64,000 nucleotides of DNA from Candidatus Cloacimonadota bacterium (GTDB taxonomy: Bacteria > Cloacimonadota > Cloacimonadia > Cloacimonadales > TCS61), in the NCBI GenBank assembly GCA_021736135.1, contig JAIPGO010000001.1, positions 64,228 through 128,227 on the forward strand, read 5' to 3'. The position numbers and the translations under genes were made by a program. Below, piece after piece: positions 10,402 to 18,900 of this stretch. How positions within the stretch are numbered: the stretch's first letter is position 1; every line of letters begins with the position of its first letter. The notes beneath the pieces were generated by a model, which saw only the letters and a list, made by a program, of their open reading frames with translations, was not told where the DNA came from and ran no database searches.

Positions 10402-10610
10402 AATTCCGGTTGAGTTTCTTTTCCCTAAAAGGGATAAATTTGTATAGCATATGGTTGGATCGGTACTCCGAGACTACCATATGAATGATGCATCCCCCCC
10501 TCCCCATCGGCGCTGTGCGCCGATGGGGAGGGGGGGATGCATTTTTTTTACATAAGGTATCACCTGCGGTGCAACCTTACGCTATACAAATATATCCCGT
10601 ACCGGGAATT
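10402..10610. repeat. ~210-bp composite palindrome: outer inverted repeat enclosing three local hairpins (cloverleaf-capable)
   Basis: Outer arms are AATTCCGGT..GGGATAAATTTGTATAGC (10402-10448) and GCTATACAAATATATCCC..ACCGGGAATT (10581-10610). Inside are three hairpins: 10448-10483 (CATATGGT/ACCATATG with inner TCGG/CCGA), 10488-10542 (26-bp perfect GC-rich stem), and 10553-10579 (TAAGGT/ACCTTA with inner CACC/GGTG). Confidence 0.8.
10488..10549 (+). terminator. Terminator-like GC-rich 26-bp perfect stem-loop followed by a T-run (orphan: no upstream + strand gene)
   Basis: ATGCATCCCCCCCTCCCCATCGGCGC (10488-10513), loop TGT, GCGCCGATGGGGAGGGGGGGATGCAT (10517-10542), then T7 at 10543-10549. 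There is no A-run on the 5' side, so only the + orientation looks like an intrinsic terminator. Confidence 0.5.
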
Positions 10611-10901
10611 ATAAGAGATAAATCCTAAATATTATTTTATTAATTAAGAAGTTACACCATATCCTGAATAATATAACGGGGGGATGCCAGGATTTGTGGG
10701 GATATATGACAAGATTCCGGTAAAAAAAGAGCAACATAAGATATTTAAGCTACTCTCAACAGACAATACCAATCTCACTGGTTAGGACAATTTCCAGATA
10801 AATATTTGATTGCGCAGAAAACAGACATATCAGTCCATAATCCAATGATATTAAATAATTTCTGTGATAATTACAAATTTCGTGCTTCCCAGGCATAAAC
10901 T

Positions 10902-10941
10902 AAACACAATCTAATGATATTCTGTTGGATTCTGCTTTGTT
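10902..10941. repeat. Degenerate, oppositely oriented copy of the core of the 10216-10283 palindrome
   Basis: AAACACAATCTAATGATATTCTGTTGGATTCTGCTTTGTT resembles the reverse complement of the first element's centre, AAGGCACAATCTAACAATATTCTGTTAGATTGTGCCTTGTT. Shared runs are CACAATCTAA, ATATTCTGTT and GATT. Confidence 0.6.
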
Positions 10942-11134
10942 ATTATGGAGGATTTAGACAAGTTTTCTAATAATCGAGGAAATAACAATATAAAAAAGAT
11001 TTACACCACTAATAGTATTCCCCTGATGAGAATTGTGTTCACGCCATACTAACGAAATATGCCGGCTGTGCAGGTGAAATTAATGGGATTATTCTGAAAA
11101 ACATCTGTTGATTTGCTCAGGTCGGACAAAATGC

Positions 11135-11163
11135 TTGACATTGTAATCTTCCTCATTTATTGA
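11135..11163 (+). promoter_or_regulatory. Putative sigma70-type promoter of the RM operon
   Basis: TTGACA (11135-11140), 17-nt spacer, TATTGA (11158-11163), about 30 nt upstream of ATG 11192. The -10 match is weak. Confidence 0.3.
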
Positions 11164-11191
11164 AGTAATAAATTGAAATATAAGAGGATAT

Positions 11192-12769
11192 ATGACATTA
11201 GTATCTGTTACAGAGGCAAGGAAATGGGCAGTTGATTTTACCGGAAGGAAGGTGACAACATCAAATATAACTTATCTGGTGAATTATGCCAGAATTAATA
11301 ATTATGGGAATAATGGAGAAATAAAAATTTCACTGGAAGAGCTAAAGGAATACTATCGAACCTTGACTCAGGAAAAGGAATGGAAAGAGCAATTGGGTGA
11401 AGATTTAAACTGGACTTTATCATTTGATCAATACAAAGAATCGGAAAGAACCAAGCACGTACACCGTTTGCATCCATATAAAGGTAAGTTTATACCACAA
11501 TTAGTGGAATATTTTATTGATTCTCATACCGATAAGTTTAAAAAAGAGACCTATTTTAAACCGGGAGACATCATCCTCGATCCTTTTTGTGGCAGCGGAA
11601 CAACTTTGATTGAAGCCAATGAGAAAGGTATGGATGCAATTGGAATTGACATATCAGAATTTAATGCTTTAATAAGTAATACTAAACTATCTAAAATTGA
11701 TTATTGGGACTTATCAATATGTATTGATGATTTAAATTACAAATTGGAGAAATTTGTTAAAGCATCTGGAATACTTGAATTTGATAATGAAATACTGGAT
11801 GCACTTTCCGATTTTAATAAGGAATATTTCCCTTCACCAGCCTTTAAGTGGAAAGTAATCAAAAAGCAAATCAACGAATACTCCTATGCTGAGGAAAAAT
11901 TTAAAGAATTTAAGATCAAGTATGGAGAAATCACAGATAAGTACCATATAAATATAATGCCTGATCATCCCATAAACTTTATTGATACCTGGTTTCTACC
12001 ACCCATAAAAAAAGAAATAGAATTTATGATCAGTTTAATCAATGAAATTAGTTCTAAAGAATTGAAAAACGTGATAACTGTAATTTTAAGCAGAACTATT
12101 CGTTCCTGTCGTGCAACTTCACATTCAGATTTGGCAACATTGCAGAAACCCGTTTATGAACCATATTATTGCAGCAAACATAAGAAAGTATGCAAACCTC
12201 TTCTCACAATATTCAGTTGGTGGAAGAGATATGCAAACGATGCTATACAGAGGTATTTACAATTTGGACATTTGAGAACAGATACTAATCAGCATTGCCT
12301 TACAGGAGATGCCCGTTCCATTAATATTATTGAATCTTTACAAAGGGAAAAACCGGGAATGGCTGAAAAAGTGAAAAATCAAAAAATCAAAGGGATATTT
12401 TCCAGTCCACCCTATGTTGGTTTGATCAATTACCATGAACAGCATCAATATGCTTATGAATTTTTTGGATATATAAACCGTCAGGATGATGAGATTGGTC
12501 CATTGTTTCGCGGAAAGGGTAAGCAGGCTCAACTTTCCTATATTCAAGGCATTGCGAAAGTATTAAATAATTGCAAACAATATCTTACCGATGATTATGA
12601 TATATTTCTGGTAGCAAATGATAATTATGGTCTATATGACAAAATTAGCGAACAAACAGGTATGGAAATTGTTAATCAATATAAGAGACCAGTATTAAAT
12701 CGTACAGAAAAAGATAAGAATGCCTATTCAGAAATCATATTCCATTTAAAGGAGAAAGTGCAATGTTAA
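11192..12769 (+). CDS. Site-specific DNA methyltransferase (N6-adenine or N4-cytosine type, SPPY catalytic motif)
   Basis: 525 aa. AdoMet-binding block HPYKGKF..ILDPFCGSGTTLIEA (aa ~94-140) and catalytic FSSPPY (aa 403-408) are separated by ~265 aa, giving the order I..TRD..IV. An AGAGGA RBS precedes the ATG. Confidence 0.85.
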   Translation: MTLVSVTEARKWAVDFTGRKVTTSNITYLVNYARINNYGNNGEIKISLEELKEYYRTLTQEKEWKEQLGEDLNWTLSFDQYKESERTKHVHRLHPYKGKFIPQLVEYFIDSHTDKFKKETYFKPGDIILDPFCGSGTTLIEANEKGMDAIGIDISEFNALISNTKLSKIDYWDLSICIDDLNYKLEKFVKASGILEFDNEILDALSDFNKEYFPSPAFKWKVIKKQINEYSYAEEKFKEFKIKYGEITDKYHINIMPDHPINFIDTWFLPPIKKEIEFMISLINEISSKELKNVITVILSRTIRSCRATSHSDLATLQKPVYEPYYCSKHKKVCKPLLTIFSWWKRYANDAIQRYLQFGHLRTDTNQHCLTGDARSINIIESLQREKPGMAEKVKNQKIKGIFSSPPYVGLINYHEQHQYAYEFFGYINRQDDEIGPLFRGKGKQAQLSYIQGIAKVLNNCKQYLTDDYDIFLVANDNYGLYDKISEQTGMEIVNQYKRPVLNRTEKDKNAYSEIIFHLKEKVQC

Positions 12770-13539
12770 CTCAGACTATGATGACAGAGATTGAAAAGAC
12801 AATTGAAGACTGCTTACTACAGAAATTCGATAAATATAATCCAGAGACGGTAAATATGCCTTTTCATTATCGTTTACTTGGTAAAGACAGAATGGCATTA
12901 TTTTCATTTATCCAGTCTTTAAACACAACTTTCGGCACTTCTATATATGAGCCTGTCAGTACCGTCCTGGCATCATTAAATGGTAATTTTGTGCAGGCAC
13001 AAATGCAATATAAAGTTGGCAAAATAATTTCAGAAGCAGCACAAATTGAGATACAAAACATAATAGATGAATTATCTGCCGGGAATGATTCAATGAAAGA
13101 AAGGGAAATTTCAAGGATAAGAAAAGTTTGCAGAAACGGAAAAGGAATTGAAACAAAACCAGTTAAAGTAGATCTTTTTCTTGAAGATAAAGAGGGTGTT
13201 ATTCACTTATTTGACTTAAAGACTGTAAAACCAAATAAAAGTAATTTCAAAGACTTTAAAAGAACCCTTTTAGAATGGGTCGCAATTAGTTTATATAATA
13301 ATCCGAATGCAGAAATCTATTCCTACATCGCCATACCATATAATCCATACGAACCCAAACCGTACGAAAGATGGACTATGAAAGGGATGCTGGATTTAAG
13401 TAAAGAATTGAAAGTCGCTGAAGAGTTCTGGGATTTTCTTGCAGGTGAAAATACTTATAATGAATTACTTGGTTGTTTCGAGAGGGTAGGTATTAAGATG
13501 CGTCCTGTGATAGATCAATATTTTAAGAGGTTCAAATGA
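12763..13539 (+). CDS. Type II restriction endonuclease, PD-(D/E)XK type, TdeIII-like
   Basis: 258 aa. The start overlaps the MTase stop (ATGTTAA, 12763-12769). Candidate PD-(D/E)XK residues are D137 (KVDLF) and D151-L-K153 (HLFDLKTVKPN). The N-terminal FHYRLLGKDRMALFSF..SLNTTFGTS resembles what I recall of the TdeIII family; I cannot verify that here. Confidence 0.6.
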   Translation: MLTQTMMTEIEKTIEDCLLQKFDKYNPETVNMPFHYRLLGKDRMALFSFIQSLNTTFGTSIYEPVSTVLASLNGNFVQAQMQYKVGKIISEAAQIEIQNIIDELSAGNDSMKEREISRIRKVCRNGKGIETKPVKVDLFLEDKEGVIHLFDLKTVKPNKSNFKDFKRTLLEWVAISLYNNPNAEIYSYIAIPYNPYEPKPYERWTMKGMLDLSKELKVAEEFWDFLAGENTYNELLGCFERVGIKMRPVIDQYFKRFK

Positions 13540-13979
13540 TACAAATTCAAAATAGTGATAAGGATTTGGGATATTGTGAAAACCGAAGAAGAGTTTTAGC
13601 TGAAATTGATATACATAAACTCTTAAAGATCGAAAATTCTTACTTGTTGTTTGTTAAATATAGGGATGCCAGGTCGGTGGCAGAGATAGTTAAAGATTTG
13701 GTAGATAGTTATTTATTAATAATTGATGAGGCATCACTTAAGAGGCTTATTGAAATAGAGTCGGACGGTAAGGATAATGATCTTGATCATAGGGTGAAAT
13801 CTATAATAAGTAAAATAAGGCATGATTTTTCCAGTGATAATGAATATTATAAACAATACTGTGCTCTGCTTAACCGACTTACATATAAATTTACTAAGCT
13901 GTTCTGTGATCAGGGCGGATTTATTTTATGGGTAAAACTTACGAAATTTATATTTGAAGAAAATTCCAAGTCTGAATAG
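13536..13979 (+). CDS. Hypothetical protein, third translationally coupled gene of the RM operon
   Basis: 147 aa. ATGA start/stop overlap with the endonuclease gene (13536-13539). Charged and probably helical. No motif recognised. Confidence 0.6.
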   Translation: MIQIQNSDKDLGYCENRRRVLAEIDIHKLLKIENSYLLFVKYRDARSVAEIVKDLVDSYLLIIDEASLKRLIEIESDGKDNDLDHRVKSIISKIRHDFSSDNEYYKQYCALLNRLTYKFTKLFCDQGGFILWVKLTKFIFEENSKSE

Positions 13980-14083
13980 TATCAATTTTCAAGATTAAAC
14001 AAATTATATCATTATATTGTCTTATAAGATAAAATGCAGGAGAAAACACAGATCTTTGTCATAAAAAGCAGAGAGCAAGAAAT

Positions 14084-14605
14084 ATGAAAGATAAGATATT
14101 AAGAGACTTGATGGAAAGTGATGGCAGGAAGGTATTTAATATGATACTGCGCATGGTTCGTAACCGGGAAGATGCCGAGGATCTCTTTCAAGAGGTATTT
14201 ACGGCATTTTATCAGAACCTGGAACGGGTGCAGCCGGAAGCCCAGAAGTCATATTTATATCGTATAGCTTATAATAAGACTCTTAACCGGATAGGCTCGC
14301 GGAAACGTGATCTGAAATTGATCGAGATACAGAAAATTGTTCCAGTAGTGGAAAATGAGCCTGATCAGGAGAAGCGGAACCAGTTGATAAGAGAAAGCCT
14401 GAGGATGTTGAAACCTAAGGACGCACTTTTAATCGAACTGCAGTTTTTTCAGGATAAGAGTTATAAGGAAATATCTGAAATAACAGGTTATAGTGTGGGT
14501 TCGGTTGATTCGCGTCTGGTGCGGGCAAAGAGGAAGCTGCGGGATATTCTAGAAAACCTGGGAATAAATAATGTGCAGGATAATCAAATGGAAGTAGTCA
14601 TATAA
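14084..14605 (+). CDS. ECF-type RNA polymerase sigma factor
   Basis: 173 aa. Region 2 (DAEDLFQEVFTAFYQ..YLYRIAYN) and region 4 HTH (SYKEISEITGYSVGSVDSRLVRAKRKL). Confidence 0.9.
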   Translation: MKDKILRDLMESDGRKVFNMILRMVRNREDAEDLFQEVFTAFYQNLERVQPEAQKSYLYRIAYNKTLNRIGSRKRDLKLIEIQKIVPVVENEPDQEKRNQLIRESLRMLKPKDALLIELQFFQDKSYKEISEITGYSVGSVDSRLVRAKRKLRDILENLGINNVQDNQMEVVI

Positions 14606-14621
14606 AAATGAGGTGAATGAA

Positions 14622-14930
14622 ATGAGCGAAAAGAAAGATTTGAGAGAAGATGAGTTGATAAATGAGATCCTGAGCAGTTATCAGGACGAAGAGCTGCCGG
14701 GCTATCTGCGGGAACACACCATACGCAGAGCACTCAATTCAGGTCATTCAGCTATAATCCGAACCATAACACCTGCCTGGAAGCGTTTGTCGCTGGCAGC
14801 TTCAATCGCCGCATTTGCCATAGGAATAATGATGAGTAACCAGTTATTTGCGAGTAACCAGTCAAGTGAATCTAATTACTGGACCTTTGGAGAAACGGGA
14901 TTATATAGTTACGTAGTGGAAGGTGAATAA
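14622..14930 (+). CDS. Putative anti-sigma factor (single-pass membrane protein)
   Basis: Sits directly downstream of the ECF sigma gene. One TM helix (LSLAASIAAFAIGIMM). ATG 14622 has a GAGGTG RBS; the track start 14613 is GTG. Confidence 0.55.
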   Translation: MSEKKDLREDELINEILSSYQDEELPGYLREHTIRRALNSGHSAIIRTITPAWKRLSLAASIAAFAIGIMMSNQLFASNQSSESNYWTFGETGLYSYVVEGE

Positions 14931-15337
14931 TGAGTAAAAAGTTAATGTATCTTTTATTGATTATCTCTCTGGCTTTTAATCTGGCATTTATCGGGATGTT
15001 CGTATGGCACCGTCTGCATATGCCGCCGCCACCCACATTCCCTGCGGATATCCGGCATTTTCGGGAGAATATGGGCGAACACCGCAAGCATATAAACGAG
15101 CACAGAGAGAAATTTCTGGAAGAAAGAAGGGAATTTATGGATTTTCTGCGAGGAGAAGAATTTGAGGAAGCACAGGCAGACAGCTTATTGCGGCGGATGA
15201 TCGAAAAGCAGAAATTTATCGAGGAAGAATTAGGCAGAAGTATGATAGAAATGCGTAAAAATGGGGAATTTTTCCCCGAAAGAATGGATAGAAAACAAGG
15301 TGAAAGAAGAAATAAACCTGAAAGGAGAAGAAAATGA
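14930..15337 (+). CDS. Membrane-anchored periplasmic protein, Spy/CpxP/ZraP-like sensor-type
   Basis: TAATG overlap with the upstream gene. N-terminal anchor LMYLLLIISLAFNLAFIGMFVW, then a charged His-rich helical region (HFRENMGEHRKHINEHREKF). Confidence 0.5.
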   Translation: MSKKLMYLLLIISLAFNLAFIGMFVWHRLHMPPPPTFPADIRHFRENMGEHRKHINEHREKFLEERREFMDFLRGEEFEEAQADSLLRRMIEKQKFIEEELGRSMIEMRKNGEFFPERMDRKQGERRNKPERRRK

Positions 15338-15903
15338 AAAGATTATTATTAATCACATTAGCGTTACTCGTAGTAGGCGTATTACTGGCACAGGGTTTGC
15401 ATAAGAATGAGATGGAAGGCTGTCGTCAGGGTAAGATGGATAAGGGCATGAAAATGGTTCAGGGTGAAAGGAATCCGCAGAAAGACATGATGATGATGCA
15501 CATAATGCAGCGACTGGACTTGACCGAGAAACAGCAGGATCAGATGGAAGATATGCGCATCAAGCTGCAGAAAGACAATATAACAATAAAGGCAGAGATC
15601 GAGAAGAAGGAAATCGATGCAAGAGTAGCGATGAAGGATCTTAATTTTGCAGAAGCCAAGAAAATCACGAGAGCTATCTTCAACCTGAAAGCAGATATGA
15701 AAGACAAACATTTTGATCAAATGACATCCTGCTGGAACCTGCTTACTCCGGAACAGCAATCAGAAGCAAAAGAGCTTATGAAAAACGGACAGATGTTAAG
15801 AAAAGGAATGAAGCAGGGTGAAGGCAGAGAAAAACGGGGAATGCATCACCGTATGATGATGGACGACGATGTTGAAGATGAAACAGAGGATGATGACGAA
15901 TAA
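15334..15903 (+). CDS. Spy/CpxP-family periplasmic protein with LTXXQ motifs
   Basis: Signal peptide MKRLLLITLALLVVGVLLA. Two LTXXQ-type motifs (LDLTEKQQDQM, LLTPEQQSEAKEL). Met/His-rich stretches (MMMMHIM, HHRMMM) and an acidic tail. ATGA overlap with the upstream gene. Confidence 0.7.
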   Translation: MKRLLLITLALLVVGVLLAQGLHKNEMEGCRQGKMDKGMKMVQGERNPQKDMMMMHIMQRLDLTEKQQDQMEDMRIKLQKDNITIKAEIEKKEIDARVAMKDLNFAEAKKITRAIFNLKADMKDKHFDQMTSCWNLLTPEQQSEAKELMKNGQMLRKGMKQGEGREKRGMHHRMMMDDDVEDETEDDDE

Positions 15904-15927
15904 AAACTTAATACCCCTTATAGAAAG

Positions 15928-15958
15928 AAAAGGCAGCAGGTCAACCTGCTGCCTTTTT
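15928..15958. terminator. Bidirectional rho-independent terminator between convergent genes
   Basis: AAAA, GGCAGCAGG, TCAA, CCTGCTGCC, TTTTT. Confidence 0.75.
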
Positions 15959-15974
15959 GTATAACAAATTCTGG

Positions 15975-18900
15975 TTACTTGATCAGGGTCATCTTTCTAA
16001 TTTGAGAATAATCCGGTGCCTGCAGACTATAGAAATAAATGCCGGAAGCGAATTTATCTGCCTTCCAGATGAATTTATGTTCTCCGGCAGGATATGTATT
16101 TGTATAAATCATCTGTCCGCAAAGATTATATATGCTCAGGACGGCAGATTGATCTTGCGCTACCTGGAAGCAGATCGCTGTTTCCGGGTTGAAAGGATTC
16201 GGGAAATTAGGTTTCAGGGCTGTGACCTGCGGAGCAGAGTTTTCTTCTTGAATAAGATATATGGTTCTGCTTTGCTGTTGATCATTAAGCTGGAAGGAAA
16301 TAGTAATCTGTGCCGGAGGTTTCTGGAATGAATGTTTGAGCGGGATTTTCAGGAAACAGCCTTCTATCGGATACGGAGATGCAACGGCAAATCGTTGCTC
16401 AGTTTCATTATAGGCAGTCAAGATATCTTCGCACAGAACAACCGGTTGTCCCCAAATAGACGCACTGCCAAGCTCAAGAATGGAAAACGCAAAACAGTCA
16501 CCGGTAACCTCAAACTGCAGGTGTTCTTCTTGCCAGGAAATATTTACATGAGGCAACTCATATTCGATTCTAAGGCCTTCAATGGGAAAGTAATCAATCA
16601 TACCAACCAGGAATTGCAGAACCAGTGCGGAATCATAAGCATCGACAGAAAGATTACCATCCAGGTCAGCGACCCTTATCCGCCATTCATCCCAGGGCAG
16701 GGGAGCATAAGGCTGCGGATCGAGTCCGACGGCAAATTTCAGTATGAGAGCAGCATCAAAGGCATCCACTTCTCCCGAATAATCAACGTCTCCATAAGCA
16801 TAGAAAAATACCTGAATGTTTTCCGAATGAGTACTTTCATTATCGTGAATATCCGTTGATGTCAGGTTTACAGCGCCGGTCAATCCTGCCAGGGAATATG
16901 AGTTTTCAACCGTATCAGCCAGCCAGACGTCATTCTGATATAATGAATAAAAGGCAAAATCAGGGGCAGTTGAAGTATCCCAGGAAAGCAGATCATCATT
17001 CAAGCTCAAACCTGCTGGTGCTGTAGGAGCTATATTATCTAGTGAGAATCCGACAGCAGGATCGGAAATCCAGGTGCCTTCGTCCATTTCCGCTATGATC
17101 CTGAATTCCGTGGGAATATTGCTGGCAGAGCAGGAATCCGATATTGTGGGAAGTATAACCTGATAGGAAGCAGCACCCGTGGCAGAAATAACAGCGAGTG
17201 AATTCCAGATGCGTTCATCATTCCTTTGCACCAGGTAACTTTCCTGAGAAGGAATATTATCATATAATGAGCGGTTGAATTCCAGCGAGACCCAGCCTCC
17301 CTGATCATCGGGAACATCATAAATGGCAGTGATCTGCGGTTTTCCTCCCGGCATTACATGCACGGCCACCAGGGCTGTTGTATAAGCTCGGAGCTGAGAA
17401 TCTATGACCATAAAGGTAAGAAACTCCGTGCCAGTCCAATTGTCAGTTGCTGAAAAAGTTACTACTAAACCCTCAATTTCTACATTAAGGTGGTTATAAC
17501 CAAAAATATGCAGTGAAAGCGGCGCATTTTCCGGATCTGATACATACGGAGTGATATCAACGGTGAGAGTCTCAGTTTCATAGAAGAAGAAAGCAGAAGG
17601 CAAGTTTACTATGGGCGGATCATTTACCGGAATGATATGAACGGAAATGTCTGCACTGGCAAAAACTCGAGAGGAATTATCATTCACCGAGAAGGTTATT
17701 AATTCAGAACCGTTCCAGTTAATCGGAGCTGAGAATGTAACCAGCAGATCTTCAATCAATACGTAAATCGACTCATTTCCGGAAACGGTGAGTAGAAGTT
17801 CATCCCCGTCAATATCGCTGACATATTCCGCAAAGTCAAGGGTATAGCTGCCATCTTCCAGAAATGTTACTTCAGCCGGAGGATCTATGGTTGGAGGGTC
17901 ATTGACCGGTATTACGGTTATAGAAACAGAGACTGTTTCGCTGTAATCCATACCGTCATAAGCCTGATAGGTAAAACCGTCTTCTCCGAACCAGTTTTCA
18001 GCCGGCAAATAGGTAAAGCTGCCGTCAGATTGAAGATTGAGCAGACCGAAACTGACATCAGACTGCAAGGCAGCAGCCAGGATATCCGGATAAGTATCCG
18101 GGTCGTTATCGTTTGTTAATATATTACCGGTAAGCTGAGTATCTTCTTCGATCTGAAAGACATCTGTGACTGCCTGAGGTGGAAGATTAGTTAATTGATA
18201 AATTACGACCAGAGTAGTATCACTGGCGGAGCTGTTTTCATTATCTGTGACCGTGAGTATTACTAAAGTTTCCCCGATAGGGAATTCAGCGGAGTGGATC
18301 ATACCGGAGCCATAGCCGGTATCCCAGTTCCAGGAATAGGAAATAATCTCACCATCAACATCGAAAGAAGCAGAACCATCAAGAGTGATCAGTACCGGGT
18401 CACTGCTATATGTATATCCGATATATGTACTCCCGGCATCGGCGACCGGAGGGTCATTTACTGACAATACCTCGATCAGAAGCGTATCAGAAGCAATATC
18501 ACGGGATTGCCCGTCATCTACCAGAAAAACAATTTGCTCAATACCGAACCAGTTGGCAGGAGTTGAAAAAGTAAGGTCAAGCTGTTCAGCGAAAATACTG
18601 ATATTCTGGTTACCCATCCAGGTGAGAGTGAGTTCCTCATTATCCACATCAAGGATATAATCAGCAAAATTGACTTCCAGGCTTGCATCCTCATTAAATG
18701 AGAATGAGTCAGGAAGGGTGATAACTGGCGGATCATTCACGGGCAGGATACTGATGCTGAAAGTATCTGTAACATATAGCCGTGAGAAATTGTCATCTGC
18801 AGTTACAGTGATCTCCGTTATTCCGTTCCAGTTGTCAGCGGAATAAACAAGCAGGATATTATCTTCGATGATAAGGTCAATTTCCTGAGTATTGAACTCA

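Noticed and set aside
10402-10610. Retron msr/msd, IS200/IS605 end, or MITE interpretation of the nested palindrome
   Set aside because: There is no reverse transcriptase, TnpA/TnpB or other transposase gene anywhere nearby. The ATAAGA words on both flanks are offset and do not form a clean target-site duplication. I kept it as an unexplained structure rather than calling it a mobile element.
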